From: Gordius albopunctatus
Taxonomy: Eukaryota
DNA: 64,000 bases
Assembly: GCA_964276515.1 (NCBI GenBank)
Contig: OZ193909.1
Span: 1,550,001-1,614,000, forward strand
Direction: 5' to 3'
Translations under genes and position numbers: made by a program
Notes under the pieces: generated by a model
Told to the model about the DNA's origin: nothing
Databases searched by the model: none
Seen by the model: the letters and a program-made list of their open reading frames with translations, nothing else
Shown here: in pieces, positions 23,951 to 36,947 of the stretch
How the letters are laid out: each line of letters opens with the position of its first letter
Position numbering within the stretch: position 1 is the first letter of the stretch

Positions 23951-25038
23951 GTATCGATAACCCTTTAATGTTCTCGATATTTTTTCTTGCAAAAATTTAG
24001 CAATTTTTAATGCTTAAGCATGGGCATAGCCAAGGGGAAGGGACAGGGAGGGAAAGCAGCCCCCCTCAAAATCCAAATATTTGTTGCAATTTATTAAAAT
24101 TTCAAAAAAGGATGATTTTTGCCCTCTCTAATTCCAAAGCTGGCTACACCTATGTTCCATTAAGATATTTAGGAGCAGGATAGAGATGGTAAAAAAATGA
24201 TGTTTTTTTGATTTTAATGGACAACCAAAAGCGAGCCCATAAATTGCATAGCAATTCATATGAAACTATACTTGATTGCATAGAAAAAGGGGCTTGCCTA
24301 AATTGCTCTTGCCTGCTAATCCCTGACATAGAGGTATCTAAGATACAAGCTTGTAAAATCTTGCGTCCAAACCCATAAACACATCCTTTATATTTTATTT
24401 CAAAATTAAAATTAAGGTAATTTTTGTAATTTAGCAATATTTTATATTAACTATTATTTAAACATTAAAATTGTAAAAGTTACAATTTATACTAAAAAAT
24501 GTGTGGTTCTTAAAATCAACTATTTGTTAAGATTATTAAAATAATCACAAATAGCAAATTTTTATCATATTGAAGAAACTTTTTTGTAAAAATTATATTT
24601 TAAATAATAATATTTTATTTTTTAAAAATGATAATTTTTGTAATATAAGGTTTTAAAAATCTAAATTTGTTATATAAAAAAATATAAATAATTCATTTAT
24701 TATAGGTTGAGCTAAAAGAAATGTATTTTTTAACTATTTCCTAAAATATTATTTTACCTTACCAGATAGTGAAACTAGAATAATGGTATTTAGCAACATC
24801 ATTTTAAGGAAAATTTTTTTTTTAAATATGATATATTTTGGGCAAATATGACACCTAGTGGAATAAGTGTCCTTGATATTGAAGTTAGATTGACAAACAC
24901 TTTTACAATTTCCCAAGTCATCAATCATCTTCATTTCCTCAGGGAGTAAAATTATGGTTAGGCTGAGAATTTTAATAGTTACAAATTTTAATTTCAAAAT
25001 CATATAGGCTTTAAAATGTAGCTCTAGTGTGTGTGCTG

Positions 25039-25216
25039 TAGTGTTGTAAAAACGAGTGGGTTTTGTTTGGGTGGCCTTTAGTTTTACTTGACTAAACAAA
25101 CAGACCAACAATCTTTTGGTCTATATCGAAATTTGAAAAATAGACCAGAGGAAACCGTTAATTTTATTGAAACCAAAGGTTGACCAAACAAAACCCAGGA
25201 GTCTTTATAACACGTA
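25039..25216. mobile_element. hAT MITE (TAGTGTTGTAAAAA family), diverged
   Basis: TAGTGTTGTAAAAACG start, AGACCAA/TTTGGTCT internal motifs, decayed right TIR; TSD not evident. Confidence 0.65.
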
Positions 25217-25907
25217 GAGCGAGGCATGGACCTAGTCATAGTATGCAGGGAGACAAGTGGCTAGGCCCATTACTTGTCCATCTAAATTCACTAAATTATG
25301 TAGAAATTTTACATCCTAATATATAAGATTCCAATTTTAATCAAAAGCATGATTGCAAATATACCCTTGCCCCATTCCATTTGAAATAAGGGTATATTAT
25401 TTTTTTAATCAATTTTCTGCCAAAAATCGTTTTTTTTTTAATTTTAAGGATTAAATCACATTTTTAGATTTATGAAATTGGAATTTCAATAAAATATACA
25501 CTTGTAGGCATAAAAAAGAATCCAATGAAACTAGTTTAAATTTGATCAGTTTTATTTATATTAAACTAGTTCCAACATTATCTACACTTAAAAATTATCA
25601 TCTATATGTGTTTAAAAAACTTAATTGTTAAAAAATATATCTTAAAACATCATGAGTGTAGTTTGAAAAGATGGAGTTTAAAATATTGTTGTCAAGTTTT
25701 CTAAATAAGTAGCTTTATTTTGTTTTATTGTTAAGTAAAAATTGTCAATTTTAACGTAGCTGCTTTCTAAACAATATATCATAGAGTAAATGTTGAAGCT
25801 TTTTATTAAAAATTTTAATAAAATAACAAATTTAACGTATAAAAATGTGTATGGGCCTCATATCACAGTTTTAATAGATGTGGATAAATGGAAGTGACTA
25901 TAAATAT

Positions 25908-27323
25908 TCACCGTTCTCTTTTGTAAATTAGAGAGACATAATACAAAAAAACTTCTTTGGGGATGATAGATGAATGCTTTTCAATAAGTTTTAGAATTTC
26001 TTCATAACTATTTTCTTCAAATTCTTTATACAAATCTTTAAGTTTTAACTGATCATACACAATTTTAACTTTATCCACACATGCCTTATCAGTTTTTCCA
26101 TAATTGTTCTATCCAAAAGAAATATTATTTCAATCAATTTTATATAATTAATTACAATCAATATTTCTTTTTGTTGATCAGAAGCATATTTAAGGGCTTG
26201 AACAATTAACCAAGAACATTTATAATCTTCTATGTCAGTTCCAACTTTTCCAGTTACAGTTGAGTCTCCGTAGCAATCTAGATAATCATCCTAAAAATAA
26301 GTTATAATTTAATTTAGGAAATTAGCAAATTATATGAGTAAAGAGGATGCAGTACCTGAACTTGAAAATAAAATCCCATTACAAAGAGTATATCTTTAGC
26401 TGCCTTTTCAGATTCACTATTTACAATACCCCCCTGAAATATAGATACAAATTTATAATTGGCAATAAACCTACCAAATGAAAGGCTAATAATATTGGAA
26501 GATTAAAGGAGTAAAATGTTGTTTTGTATGTGACAATGGTCTTGTACCTATCATCTGTAAAAGATGAAAAATCTTTTTGCAGTGACATGGTATCTAAGCA
26601 TTGCCCATATATAGTTTGATTGATTGTCTAGACATTCATAATAATTTTTAAGGTGCAGTTAATTACTTTTAAAAATAGTTCTATAACATCAACATAAAAT
26701 GTTTCCAGTCTCATTTGTTTCAATAATGTAAAAATAGATGATTCAAGGAATAATGAATCATTTATAGCAATGTTACCAACATGATCCTAAATTTCATTAA
26801 AAAATAAAGATATAAGCCCTATACATTTTGATACCAACATAATTGACCTCTCCTTGTTATTGACTGATCCATTATGTCATCAGCCACTAGAAAAAAGGCC
26901 TGTAGCTATAATAAAGTGCTGTTAGCATGCAATTAAGGAATCTAAGCATGTTTTAAAAACTTACAAGTTCAACACACCATCCTAATATCAAGGCATATTT
27001 CATCAATTTTTCTTCCAATTTGATCTCATTTTTTATTAACACATAAGATATTACTACTGCTAAGCCCCTATTTTTCTTGCCGTGAGGAAGATTATAATCT
27101 ATAACCTAAATTGCATGACATATACAATTTGTAAATAAGCTACTTTTTTAAACCAGGATGTTGCATCTCCTAAGCTTGAGTCCTGCTCAGATTCTATAAT
27201 ATTATCTCGAATTTGTTCATAGAACCTATCAAATTCAGTTTTGATTTTAACTATGTCTGCATCCTGCAATTTGAAATCTATTACATCATGTTTAAAATAC
27301 AATTTTATATTACCCGCTTTCAT
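25908..27323 (-). CDS. FDPS: Farnesyl diphosphate synthase, multi-exon with tiny introns
   Basis: Spliced translation [44 protein letters not shown] (FARM with FF at -5/-4, typical of FPPS), [26 protein letters not shown] (SARM), [20 protein letters not shown] (stop 25908-25910). Start codon tentative. Confidence 0.93.
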
Positions 27324-27544
27324 AACAATTTCACGTGTAAAATTACAAAATTGCAATTGTATACATTTAATTAATAAAAAATTTTGAGGTCGATTGCGAT
27401 TTAATCAAAATCATTATTTCGCCTGCGGTTCGCCAACGTTGAATCTAAAAAATATAATCTTAATATATAAAATATCGTTTTATTGCGAAGCGTAAGAAAT
27501 GAATATTTAATATAATCAAATATTTAAAATGGTATACAGAAAAA

Positions 27545-27880
27545 AAATTACATACACGACTAAAAAAATATAAAAACGCCCTATAACTAAACGGATGGCA
27601 TTGATCCATGTATGAATATCGTGTTGGATTTAATGATTTCCATTGTGATATTTTGCCTGACAAAAAAGTACTCTTTCAAATCTAAGGAGAGGCTGGAGAT
27701 CACTTTTCCAATTTTTTGTCAGGAGAGCGAGAGCTTCAACACCTAAATTTCCCATTGTGGTTGCCACTACGGGAATGAATATTGTGTCTGCGAGGGAAGA
27801 ATATTTTGCTGTCTTCCTATTCTCTGCACTGGCTATAAGGTTGGGAGAGGAGTTGGAAGGGGCGAATATGTCGGCCGTGC
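27545..27880 (-). mobile_element. 5'-truncated CRE-clade LINE 3' end
   Basis: Close match to 9950-10275 (TTACATACACGACTAAAAAAATATAAAAACG...GAAGGGGCGAATATGTCG). Confidence 0.85.
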
Positions 27881-27959
27881 AAATAAAATTATTTTATATG
27901 GATTAAGGTGATGGTAATAATTATTATGGTTTAGTTAAGATTTAATACTGATAATAGAT

Positions 27960-29880
27960 TAGTAACTTAACCCGTCCTTAAGTACTTTTTGGAGTTTTTG
28001 TGAAGTGGGATGTTAAAAAAACCGCTTTCAGATCGATTTTAGTCCCGTAGTTGGCTTTAGTAAGTTTTGTGGCAGTTAAGGGTATTGTCGCGAGTTTAAG
28101 CAGCATGTGCTTGAAGTTTTTTGAGGGTAAGGATAGGTCGGTTATGACTCGGGCATTGCCATTGCTTTTAGCAAAAAAGATAGTGGCCGAAGTTATGGCG
28201 AAGGATTGGGTTTCTGACACAATTCCGGACCTTACGAATTCGGTGAAGTAGCTGAGGCTTCCCTTTGACATCTTTTCGCGGTTTTCAGGCTTGAAAAGAC
28301 CGTCATTTTACCGAATCTTGTCGAGGTCAAGGGGGCCCTGAATACTTTAAAGGTTACCTCAAACTTAAAGGGGAACATAAGCGGGTGTGGCTTGAATCGA
28401 GATTTTCGGAGATCGAGGGGACCTGTTGGTTTGGTCGACACACGCTTTTTCCCCAGTTAAAGATGACACGATGGACAGAGGGAATCATCATCACTAGAAG
28501 TAAAGCGGTCCTCTGTGTCTGCTGGTAGTTCCGGATAGTCTGGCACGGGTATTGGCGGCGGGCTTGGCGGGGACATAGGTGTGGCGTTTTAGACATTGGC
28601 GAGATCAAGTAACCAACTGACGATCATTACTTTGTTTTCAATCATCCATCCATGGTATTTTCATCATCCCACATCCTCCTTCGAAAAACCATCATATCTT
28701 TCTTTCGAAAAACAATCATACCAACATTTTACAACTAATATTAATATTTGCTTATTAATTATTTATTATTCATTGTTATCGCGCGTTTGAAAATATAGAA
28801 ATAAACAAATACCTCACAATCATAACACTCGTGACCCCGACGTGATGGAAACGAACGCAAAAATCCCAGACTCCAGCGAACCAAGAGAAAGCGCAGTTCA
28901 TGTGAGAATTCCTGAATTCCATCCTAAAAACGTACGTATATGGTTGTCGCAGGTAGAAGCCGTGTTTCACACACGCAACATATCCTCGCAGAAGACTAAG
29001 TATTCCTACCTAGTCGAGTCACTTCCCCCAGAAGTCGCGGAAGAGGTGGCAGTACTTCCGCTCGACGGTTTGCGCGATTAGTTTTCTAACACGCGGCAGG
29101 GGCCGCTGCCTTTTTGACGTTGCGGCCGTTTGTTTGGCCTCAGCCCCTGTCAGCAGTCGGAAAAAACGGCATTTTGGAGTATGTGGTTGGGTGTGCTACT
29201 TCTACATCTTTGAAGCCCATTTTTCTAACCATGTGGTGTCGTGTTTAACGGCAGTAGCCCAGTTAAATTTAATGGCTAAACAGAGTTTTTTGAGTTTCTT
29301 GTCAGTTGTGGCTAACAGATCTATGGGAGAGGATTCGAGGCAGAGCTGGGCTATTTTTATTGCAAAGTTTGCTTCATGGTGGCCACGTTTTTGAAAGCGC
29401 TGGTCCGGGTACTTAAGGAGGGCCTCTAGCCCAGCTGAGTGCTTTTATAATTTCATTAAGCCAATCTATTGGCTTTTTGGGAGGCTCAGGTTCAATAATG
29501 ATTTGTACTGTTGATAGGGTAGGGCCAGGTTCGGGTGGCCTTTATTAGCTACATATGGTTTGAATTATGGCCCTCATTCCTTCTATTGCCTCCCGATTCG
29601 CTCGGGCTTTCTCTCGTTAAAACTCTAAGAGCTGCTGGACCACGTTATTCAAGCCCGCACCGGGCATCCCTGGTCGAACAGGGCTCGAAACCGTGATCCG
29701 CAAGCTTTTTCCTGGCGACAGGGGAAGTCACTCAACACGGCGCCTTGTTGCCTTCGTGTTTCACTATGTGACCTTAGGTCTGGCATACTCAATTCGTAAA
29801 TTTCGAGGGTAAAGGGGAGTATAAGAAAAAGTGGTGAAAGGCGAGAGGGCACAGGCGAAATAATCGGGTGAAAAATAATA
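27960..29880 (-). mobile_element. DIRS/Ngaro-like retroelement relic (gag-like ORF plus N-terminal RT), interrupted by an LTR element
   Basis: RT fragment TIFFAKSNGNARVITDLS...GTKIDLKAV(fs)FNIPLHKNSKKYL at 27978-28271; upstream decayed ORF with KKLCLAIKFNWATAVKHD resembling DIRS gag. No YxDD or tyrosine recombinase seen. Confidence 0.55.
28580..29050 (+). mobile_element. Ty3/gypsy LTR retrotransposon 5' relic: LTR (28580-28827), tRNA-Trp PBS, gag start
   Basis: TGT...ACA bounded segment with AATAAA; TcGTGACCCCGACGTGAT (28829-28846) matches 17/18 the complement of the eukaryotic tRNA-Trp 3' end; ORF VRIPEFHPKNVRIWLSQVEAVFHTRNISSQKTKYSYLVESLP is a typical gypsy gag N-terminus. Confidence 0.8.
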
Positions 29881-30048
29881 TTAAATTAAAGAGATTTGTT
29901 TAACTACATTGGAAGGAGGTTTTAAAGGATAAATATTTAGTGTATTTAATATACACCTTTTTATGACGACGAACTAGATAAACTATCATTTCAGACTTGA
30001 GTTAATTTTTAAATGGCAGTGATATATATTGAAAAATAGTATTTCAAG

Positions 30049-30140
30049 TAGAGCTGTTAAAATTCCTTTTAAAAAGGAACTTGTCAAGTTCCAGTTCCTT
30101 TGCCTTTTAAAAAAACGAACTAGTTCCTTTAACAGCTCTA
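30049..30140. mobile_element. hAT MITE (TAGAGCTGTTAAA family), 92 bp; a related right end lies at ~34250-34431
   Basis: TIR TAGAGCTGTTAAA / TTTAACAGCTCTA; TSD ATTTCAAG / ATATCAAG. Confidence 0.85.
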
Positions 30141-30576
30141 ATATCAAGTATGTGAGCTATATCAGTTACTTTTACCATCCATTTATTTTAAATATTATTT
30201 CAAAAAAAAACTATTTAATGATAAAAATGAATGTTCATATATCTCTTGCATGTATTTTTGACTTTAATCAAACTTCTGTGATCTCTTGCTAATCTTTTAA
30301 AAGTCTATGTCTTCAAATAATTTGGGAAAATAAACCTTTTTATTCTTTCACATATATCATAAGTAAAATTTATTAGTCTATTATCATCTGTTATATTTCC
30401 AATAATTTTGTTCCTTGTTTAACAAAGTTCTATATAAGAATGAAAATCGTTGAATCCAACACATTTAACGTGTATTGATGATACTAGTCTTTTGTATATC
30501 CTTTTTTGCCTGTACACGTATAAAACATTAATAAAAATTAAAAGTAGAATATATCTATCAGTGCTAACTGTTAAAG

Positions 30577-30766
30577 TAGTGATGTAAAAACGGTTTGTTT
30601 TGTTTTGTCGACCTTTGGTTTTAGTCGACTAAATATAAATAGACCAAAGGTTTTTAAGTCTATTTTTCTTAATCGCATAGACAGCCCAAAGGTTTGTGGT
30701 CTATTTATCATTGTCCACTAAAACCAAGTGTCTACTAAACAAAACCCAAACGCTTTTACAACCCTA
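30577..30766. mobile_element. hAT MITE (TAGTGTTGTAAAAA family)
   Basis: TAGTGATGTAAAAACG ... CTTTTACAACCCTA; TSD TGTTAAAG / TGTTATAG. Confidence 0.8.
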
Positions 30767-31905
30767 TGTTATAGTTTCCCCTCAAAACTTAAATGTAAAC
30801 CATTTTAACAGGTATTAATATATATATAGTTTGAAGTTGGTATTTATAGTTGAACTCCAAGCCAGGTCAATGATGAAAACAACTTTTGGGAGCTACCTTT
30901 TGGCTATCTTGAACAATAAACCACTTAAAAAGACTTAAATAACAAATTCATGCCATCTGCTCATGATAAAAAAATGCGCTTTAACGCCTTCGACGTGTAA
31001 TGAAAATAAGTTCGTACCAATATCTTTTACAAAAATTGTTATTAATAAGTAAATTTAAATCAACATATTATTTTACACTTTGTTCAAATATTGCAAAAAA
31101 TTGGATTTTTCTGAAAACAAATTTTACTGTGTCCATTAATTAGATTATGTGTCACTCGCTTAAGATGCCTTTATGACGCTATAAAAAATTTAGAATATTA
31201 AAAATTATCAAATTATGGGTTTTTTATTGCCACCTAATAAAAACTTTAATCATATTTACTACCTACTTGTCTAATAAAATTAAATTTCGCTGTCGCTTAT
31301 TAACGAGACGCTTAATTAAATAAAAACAATAATATACAAATGGTTTTAGTTGATTAAATTTTTGGAAAATACCCCAATTTATGAGTGAAATATATTTTAG
31401 GATGTATAAAAAAGACTAAAATAGTTTGAATATTTTTAGGAAAGCGATAAATCGGATGATAAGTCATTCAATGTCGGTATGTGACTATGTCAATTTAATT
31501 ATCTTTTTAGGTTGGCTTTTAAAACGTCATAACAAAAACAAAATTAATTGAATTAATATTTAATATAGTTTTGTATTAAAATTTTTTAATAAATCGTTAT
31601 TCTTAAGTAATGTTTGTCATATTAGGTGGATGTGCAAAAATATTTAAACGGATCTTTTAATGGTTTCAATTTGCTTAGATGCCTTTTATTTGGGCTCAGT
31701 AGGTATTATATCCTTATATTTACTTAATCACTCTGCCACATGGGCTAGTAGATGAGGCGGTGTTTTTCCTTAATAAACGATCTCCTAAACCATTATTCCA
31801 ACGACATAGCACGCAAAACAAACTCGTGTTGAAATCAAAATTACGATCTCCCGTGATATCACGTCAATCATTGTTTTTAAAATATTTATGCATGGATAAA
31901 TTCTT

Positions 31906-33216
31906 ATGGCGTTAGATCAGATTGATTATATATCGGGCTATTTTGTTGTTCGATCGGAAATGATTGGTTACTGTTACATTTCATCTTTACTATTTATGGC
32001 CGGAGTCATAGGTAATTTAATCATGTTTCTGAGTTTCAAATGTTCTCGCCCTCTTAAATTTCCGGCCATCAGTGCTTCTCTAACCACGGTTAGTAATAGT
32101 AAATTTTTTCGCCACCAAATGGGACCTCGGGCTGTGTACCTAAGAGAGGCTGGTATGGAAAGTGGTACCTTAACCACCTGGTGGTCAGCCAAATGGTGTA
32201 ACTATCGAAAAGTAAAGCCTCTCCTGCCAAATCGTCGGAATAATAGGAGAAGAGCCTCTCTTGGTTACGAAAAGCGAAGTAAGATTGTGGGCTTAACCAA
32301 TTACTTTTCTCAAATTCTAGCTCTGATCGATTTGGCTTATTGTCTATGCCTCATCCCATGGCCCATATCTTATTATTGGGGTGCGGCGGGTAATTTTAGA
32401 TACTGGAAATCGTTTACCTACACTTTCGGAGTTAGTCACTTCGCCTTCCCTCTGAGAAATTTCTTCGCCAAAGCATCTCTCATGCTCGTTCTTATCATTA
32501 CGGTAGATAGATTTATAGCAGTAAAATTTCCGCACAAATACAAGCTTTACTGCACACGCCGTACGGCTAAACGAGTACTCAGTGTTCTCACGCCAATCAT
32601 CTTCGTCCTCGAAGCCACTACACTCTTCTGGTTCAAAACTGTACACGTCGAGACTCTACAACTTAAGGATTATAACTTAGATTCCTTTCAGTGTTGTCAC
32701 GTCAATGTCAGTGCATACGTAATGGTTCCAGATGTAAAGAGATCGGGTAACATTGTCTACATCGACTTTCAAATGGCGCGAGAAATCGTATCAGTTAAAA
32801 TTCCACTTGTTTTTATAACCATCTTGAGTTATTTTACCATAGTTAGCCACAAGGCTTACATCAGGAGTAGGCTGGACCGAAATTTAAGTGGTCAACCGAT
32901 CGGATCTAGGAATAGCAGAGGAATTTTTAAAACGGGTAAGATATTGAATTTGGAAGGCTCTAGAGCGACCATGTTTCAAATAATGATAGTGGCGCAATGT
33001 CTTATCTGTCAGGGTCCTCAAACCATAGCGACCTCATTTTACAGCAAATACCAATGTCGTAGTTTGGAAGATTTACATTGCAAATTCCGTGATATCCTGG
33101 TGCTCTGTAATGTCCTCAGTTCGGCCAATTATTGCTTGACCTTCTACCTTTTCGTTGCCTTTAGTCAAAGTTACCGTAACAAAGTGATTCACTTTTTCAA
33201 GCCCAATTACACCTGA
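31906..33216 (+). CDS. Class A (rhodopsin-like) GPCR, FMRFamide/sex-peptide-receptor-like, single exon, 436 aa
   Basis: GVIGN (TM1), LALID (TM2), TVDRFIAVKFP (DRY-like), CQGP (TM6), NYCLTFYLF then SQSYR (TM7/helix 8); seven hydrophobic segments. Confidence 0.9.
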   Translation: MALDQIDYISGYFVVRSEMIGYCYISSLLFMAGVIGNLIMFLSFKCSRPLKFPAISASLTTVSNSKFFRHQMGPRAVYLREAGMESGTLTTWWSAKWCNYRKVKPLLPNRRNNRRRASLGYEKRSKIVGLTNYFSQILALIDLAYCLCLIPWPISYYWGAAGNFRYWKSFTYTFGVSHFAFPLRNFFAKASLMLVLIITVDRFIAVKFPHKYKLYCTRRTAKRVLSVLTPIIFVLEATTLFWFKTVHVETLQLKDYNLDSFQCCHVNVSAYVMVPDVKRSGNIVYIDFQMAREIVSVKIPLVFITILSYFTIVSHKAYIRSRLDRNLSGQPIGSRNSRGIFKTGKILNLEGSRATMFQIMIVAQCLICQGPQTIATSFYSKYQCRSLEDLHCKFRDILVLCNVLSSANYCLTFYLFVAFSQSYRNKVIHFFKPNYT

Positions 33217-35004
33217 TTCTGATTCTGATTGAATACAAATCATCTAATTTACTCTGTATATTAGAAATACATCACAAGATCAGTGTAAAAATGTTCAATA
33301 TCATGTATTTTTTTTTCGTTATCTAAAGTATGAATTTAATAAGAAAGAGCAATCGAGTTTACTTAATAGTATTCTTTAGGCTGGACTAGACGGGCCTATT
33401 GAGAAGAAGAGAGTTTAGTAGAAAATGGCGAATATATTAAAGCAAACATTTGTGGAATTTTGACATTGAGAACCATCATAAAATTATAAATCTGAAAAGA
33501 ACACATATTTCCTATAAAAATTCAATTAAGGTCAGATGATCGCACTGAATAATACCTCATTTGATATATAATAATAAATTTTCATTTAAAACGAATTTTT
33601 AATATAAAGTTTGCCTTACATCTAATACTCCTGTTTGAAAGGCTTTTAAGTAAGAACACTTATCTTTCGGGATAAACGTTCTTGTTGATTAAATGATAAT
33701 TTTTAAAATAATATTTCCAGTTCCAATCAACTTTCCCCTTATTTCTATTATCAATTGTAATTATATATAATTATTGTTTGAAATGAAATATAAAAGTTTT
33801 ACACATGGAATTATTTTTAAAAATTATGTAGCTGATTTATTTACAAAGCTTGTTGGTATATGAAAAAGTTTATTAAATTAGATTTTATAATAGACTATTT
33901 CTAATTTAACAAATTTATTTAAGAGGAATAATTTTTAAAGTTTTATCCAAAAGAAAATATATTTATCTGTATTAAAAAATGAGTTTATATCAGAGGTATG
34001 CATACATAAAATGGATCCGTCCGAATTTGGGTTTGATTAACATTTTATTATAGTTGGATAAATTTTCAAATTAAAAAAACAACAATTTTTATTAATTAAA
34101 CTTAATCATCAATAAAAATTTGATTCCTGGAATTTTAATTTTAAAATTGAGGATCGGACTTAGATTTAAAAAACTGATTTTGGATCAGATAAAACATTTT
34201 TCAAAAACCCCTCGGATCGGATTAAAATTAAATAGTATATATTTTTAAAAAATTAACTGAATTAGAACTAGTTATCTTTGGAAGATTTCAGCTAAGAACT
34301 AGATTGTTTTTTCCAACATGAACTTGACTAAGTTATTTTTGAAAAAATACAAACTTAAACAAATTTTTTTCCAAACTGAACTATGAACTTGAACTAGTTG
34401 GTATCTAAGATGAACAACTTTAACAGCTCTATTTCTGTCGTATATGTGAATACGTATATTTGTATATCATTTTATACAGATTATATTATTGCTATAATTA
34501 TATATTTTGATATTATAAGCCAAATCCAAGTTGGTAATTACCATTTCTTATCCTTTTCTGACAACCTTTTGGTTTAAATTTTTATCGTCCTATACTCTTC
34601 AGCCGATTTTTTGCTGGTCATTAGCCTTTTTAAAAATCTTGATCAGTTTGTCCAGTAATTTTTGGTAGAACGTGAAAACTTTATTCTTATTGACATACAG
34701 TTCAATGATCATTATTTACACCAATCTCGCTCTCTCAACAACATTTTTCTCACATATGATTGTTGCCTTAATTTCATTTCCCATTCCTGACTTCAACTGT
34801 GTAAACTGCCTGAACTTTGATGAACTTATCCTGATCTACTCTATTTCTCTATCAATTTCAGCATTCATTTAAACCAGCAATTAGATCTGACTTGTCGCGT
34901 CGCGTTACATTATATTTTAGACTTAATTAGGCTCTTTTTTATTATCCTTCCAGGTTGTGGCTCCTTTTTCTTACACTTTTTGATTATATTTATGTTAGGT
35001 ATAC

Positions 35005-36735
35005 CAGAGATCAGAATGCCCGGCCCGGCCCGCTGCCCGGCCCACAACTGTTTTAAATTTTAATTTTCGGGCGGGCCCGGGCGGGCACGCTTCGATAAGA
35101 TTCGGGCAATCCGGGCATAATTAAATTATTCTAGGGTGTGACTTTTTATATAAAATGGATTATTTTTGAAAATTTCTAGAACTAGATTGAATTGCCTTAC
35201 GGTTACAGCTTCACCTTTAACACTTCAGATCAGAGGTCGGGTGGGTTTATAAATTTATACTTAACTTATAATGACCCCAAGGCGTTTAAAAATGCTTATA
35301 AAATAAATTCGTTTGATCTAATTATAGGCATAAAATTAAAACCACTTGATCCAATAGGCAAATTAATATATTAACAAATTTTGACAAGTTTATATTATAA
35401 AATATCTAAGTTATAGCTATTTAAATTTTGGTTTGGGGTAATTATTACCCCAAATACCATCAGTGTTAACATTTTTGACCAAACCTCTGAAGTGTAGTGT
35501 TAACCAAAAACCACACTTATAGTAATAGGAAAAACTGCACATTTTTTATGCCTCCCGTGGGTTCAACAAAACACAATTTGATTGATTAAAAATGCTATTT
35601 AAAATTTTATTTTTTTAGAGTGCTTTATTAAGGGCCGGGCATTCTGATTTCTGTACTCTTTATTTAACCCTTGTTGAGAGTATCGCATTTCAAATAAATT
35701 TGATTTGTTGAATATTTACTCCTACGTCCTTTCCTTTTTTTATTGCTAAGGCTAACTATAACTAACGCATGTGCTGTGCAGTGCGAGTGCATGTGCGTGC
35801 ATGTGCAGTCTAGACAAACATCCAATTTTGTTAAGAGTTAAAAAGTAGAATAGAGAGAGAGAGATTATAAAATATTAAATAAGGAATGATTTATGAGAAA
35901 AGTGTTTTCTTTTCTCTCTTAAAAACGTTTTCATTTCAAATTCATTTTCATTCTACTAAATTTAATTTCGCTAATCGCTATTATTTTCTTTTTCACATTT
36001 AAATCATTTATTCCATTCCAAATTCCAATTCCATTCAATTTCAAGTAACATTAACACAAACTTATTCTCGTATCTATTTAAAATGAGGGAATCACACACA
36101 TTAGTTTAAGCTAAAGCTAATTTCAAATTTTAAAAACCTGATTTAACCCTCGAGAGCATTCGTGGGGTACCACGGACCCCATAAAAGTTATAAACTTAAA
36201 TATAAAACGCATTTAAAAGCGAATTAATCTGGCCTTTTCAGTAGCCTAATATTTTACCAAGATACAATTAAAATATAAGCTAAGCTTTTAATGTTATGAT
36301 TAAATGAATGAAAGACAATTTTTTAATATTTTTTTGAAATATTTTATTAAAACCTATTATTGTAAATAAATTTATGAATAAATTTTTTGTTTACATTTCT
36401 TATGTTAAACTCTTATTCTGACATGTTTATTTTTCCTCGTGGTCAAAGTTTTCATTTGTGTGATATCCTTCATTTTTTTAACATGTTTAATATTAAAAAC
36501 TGTTTTACCCTTAAATATCTATCCAAAATTTGGCTAGTTTTTATCGGGTAATTTTTTAGATCGAAACAAAACATTCGGGCTTAACAGACACATGAAATAT
36601 TTCGGGCAGCTCTTTCCCTTCGGGCCGGGTCGGGCGGGCACTTAGAAGGATTCGGGCGGGCCGGGCGGGCAGTTTAATCATAAAATTAAACCGGGCCGAG
36701 TTCGGGCTAAAATTTTTAAATAAATCTGACCTCTG
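35005..36735. mobile_element. Composite non-autonomous hAT element (CAGAG family), 1731 bp
   Basis: Ends CAGAGATCAGA / TCTGACCTCTG, perfect TSD AGGTATAC (34997-35004, 36736-36743); both ends match those of the 1263-1675 MITE. Confidence 0.85.
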
Positions 36736-36947
36736 AGGTATACCCTCAACTAATTTCTTCATTTTGTTTAAACTTCCACTCTTATTATTTTTCCTATCAA
36801 TCTTTTCTCAGCTATTCTTTCTAGTAGCCCAAAGATTATTTTCTTCATTTAGATTCTTTTACAAACAGAAAAGTATTTTCCATTGGGACCTTTGGCCTTC
36901 GTTCTAGCATATATAATATTAATTACATAAATAAAATAAGTTTTCTA

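Noticed and set aside
30290..31200. Exon-like minus-strand segments as upstream FDPS or separate gene exons
   Set aside because: Stops in the frames tried and no recognisable homology.
35664..35671. TTAACCCT motifs as telomeric repeats
   Set aside because: Isolated rather than tandem; better explained as piggyBac-like TTAA-CCC ends.
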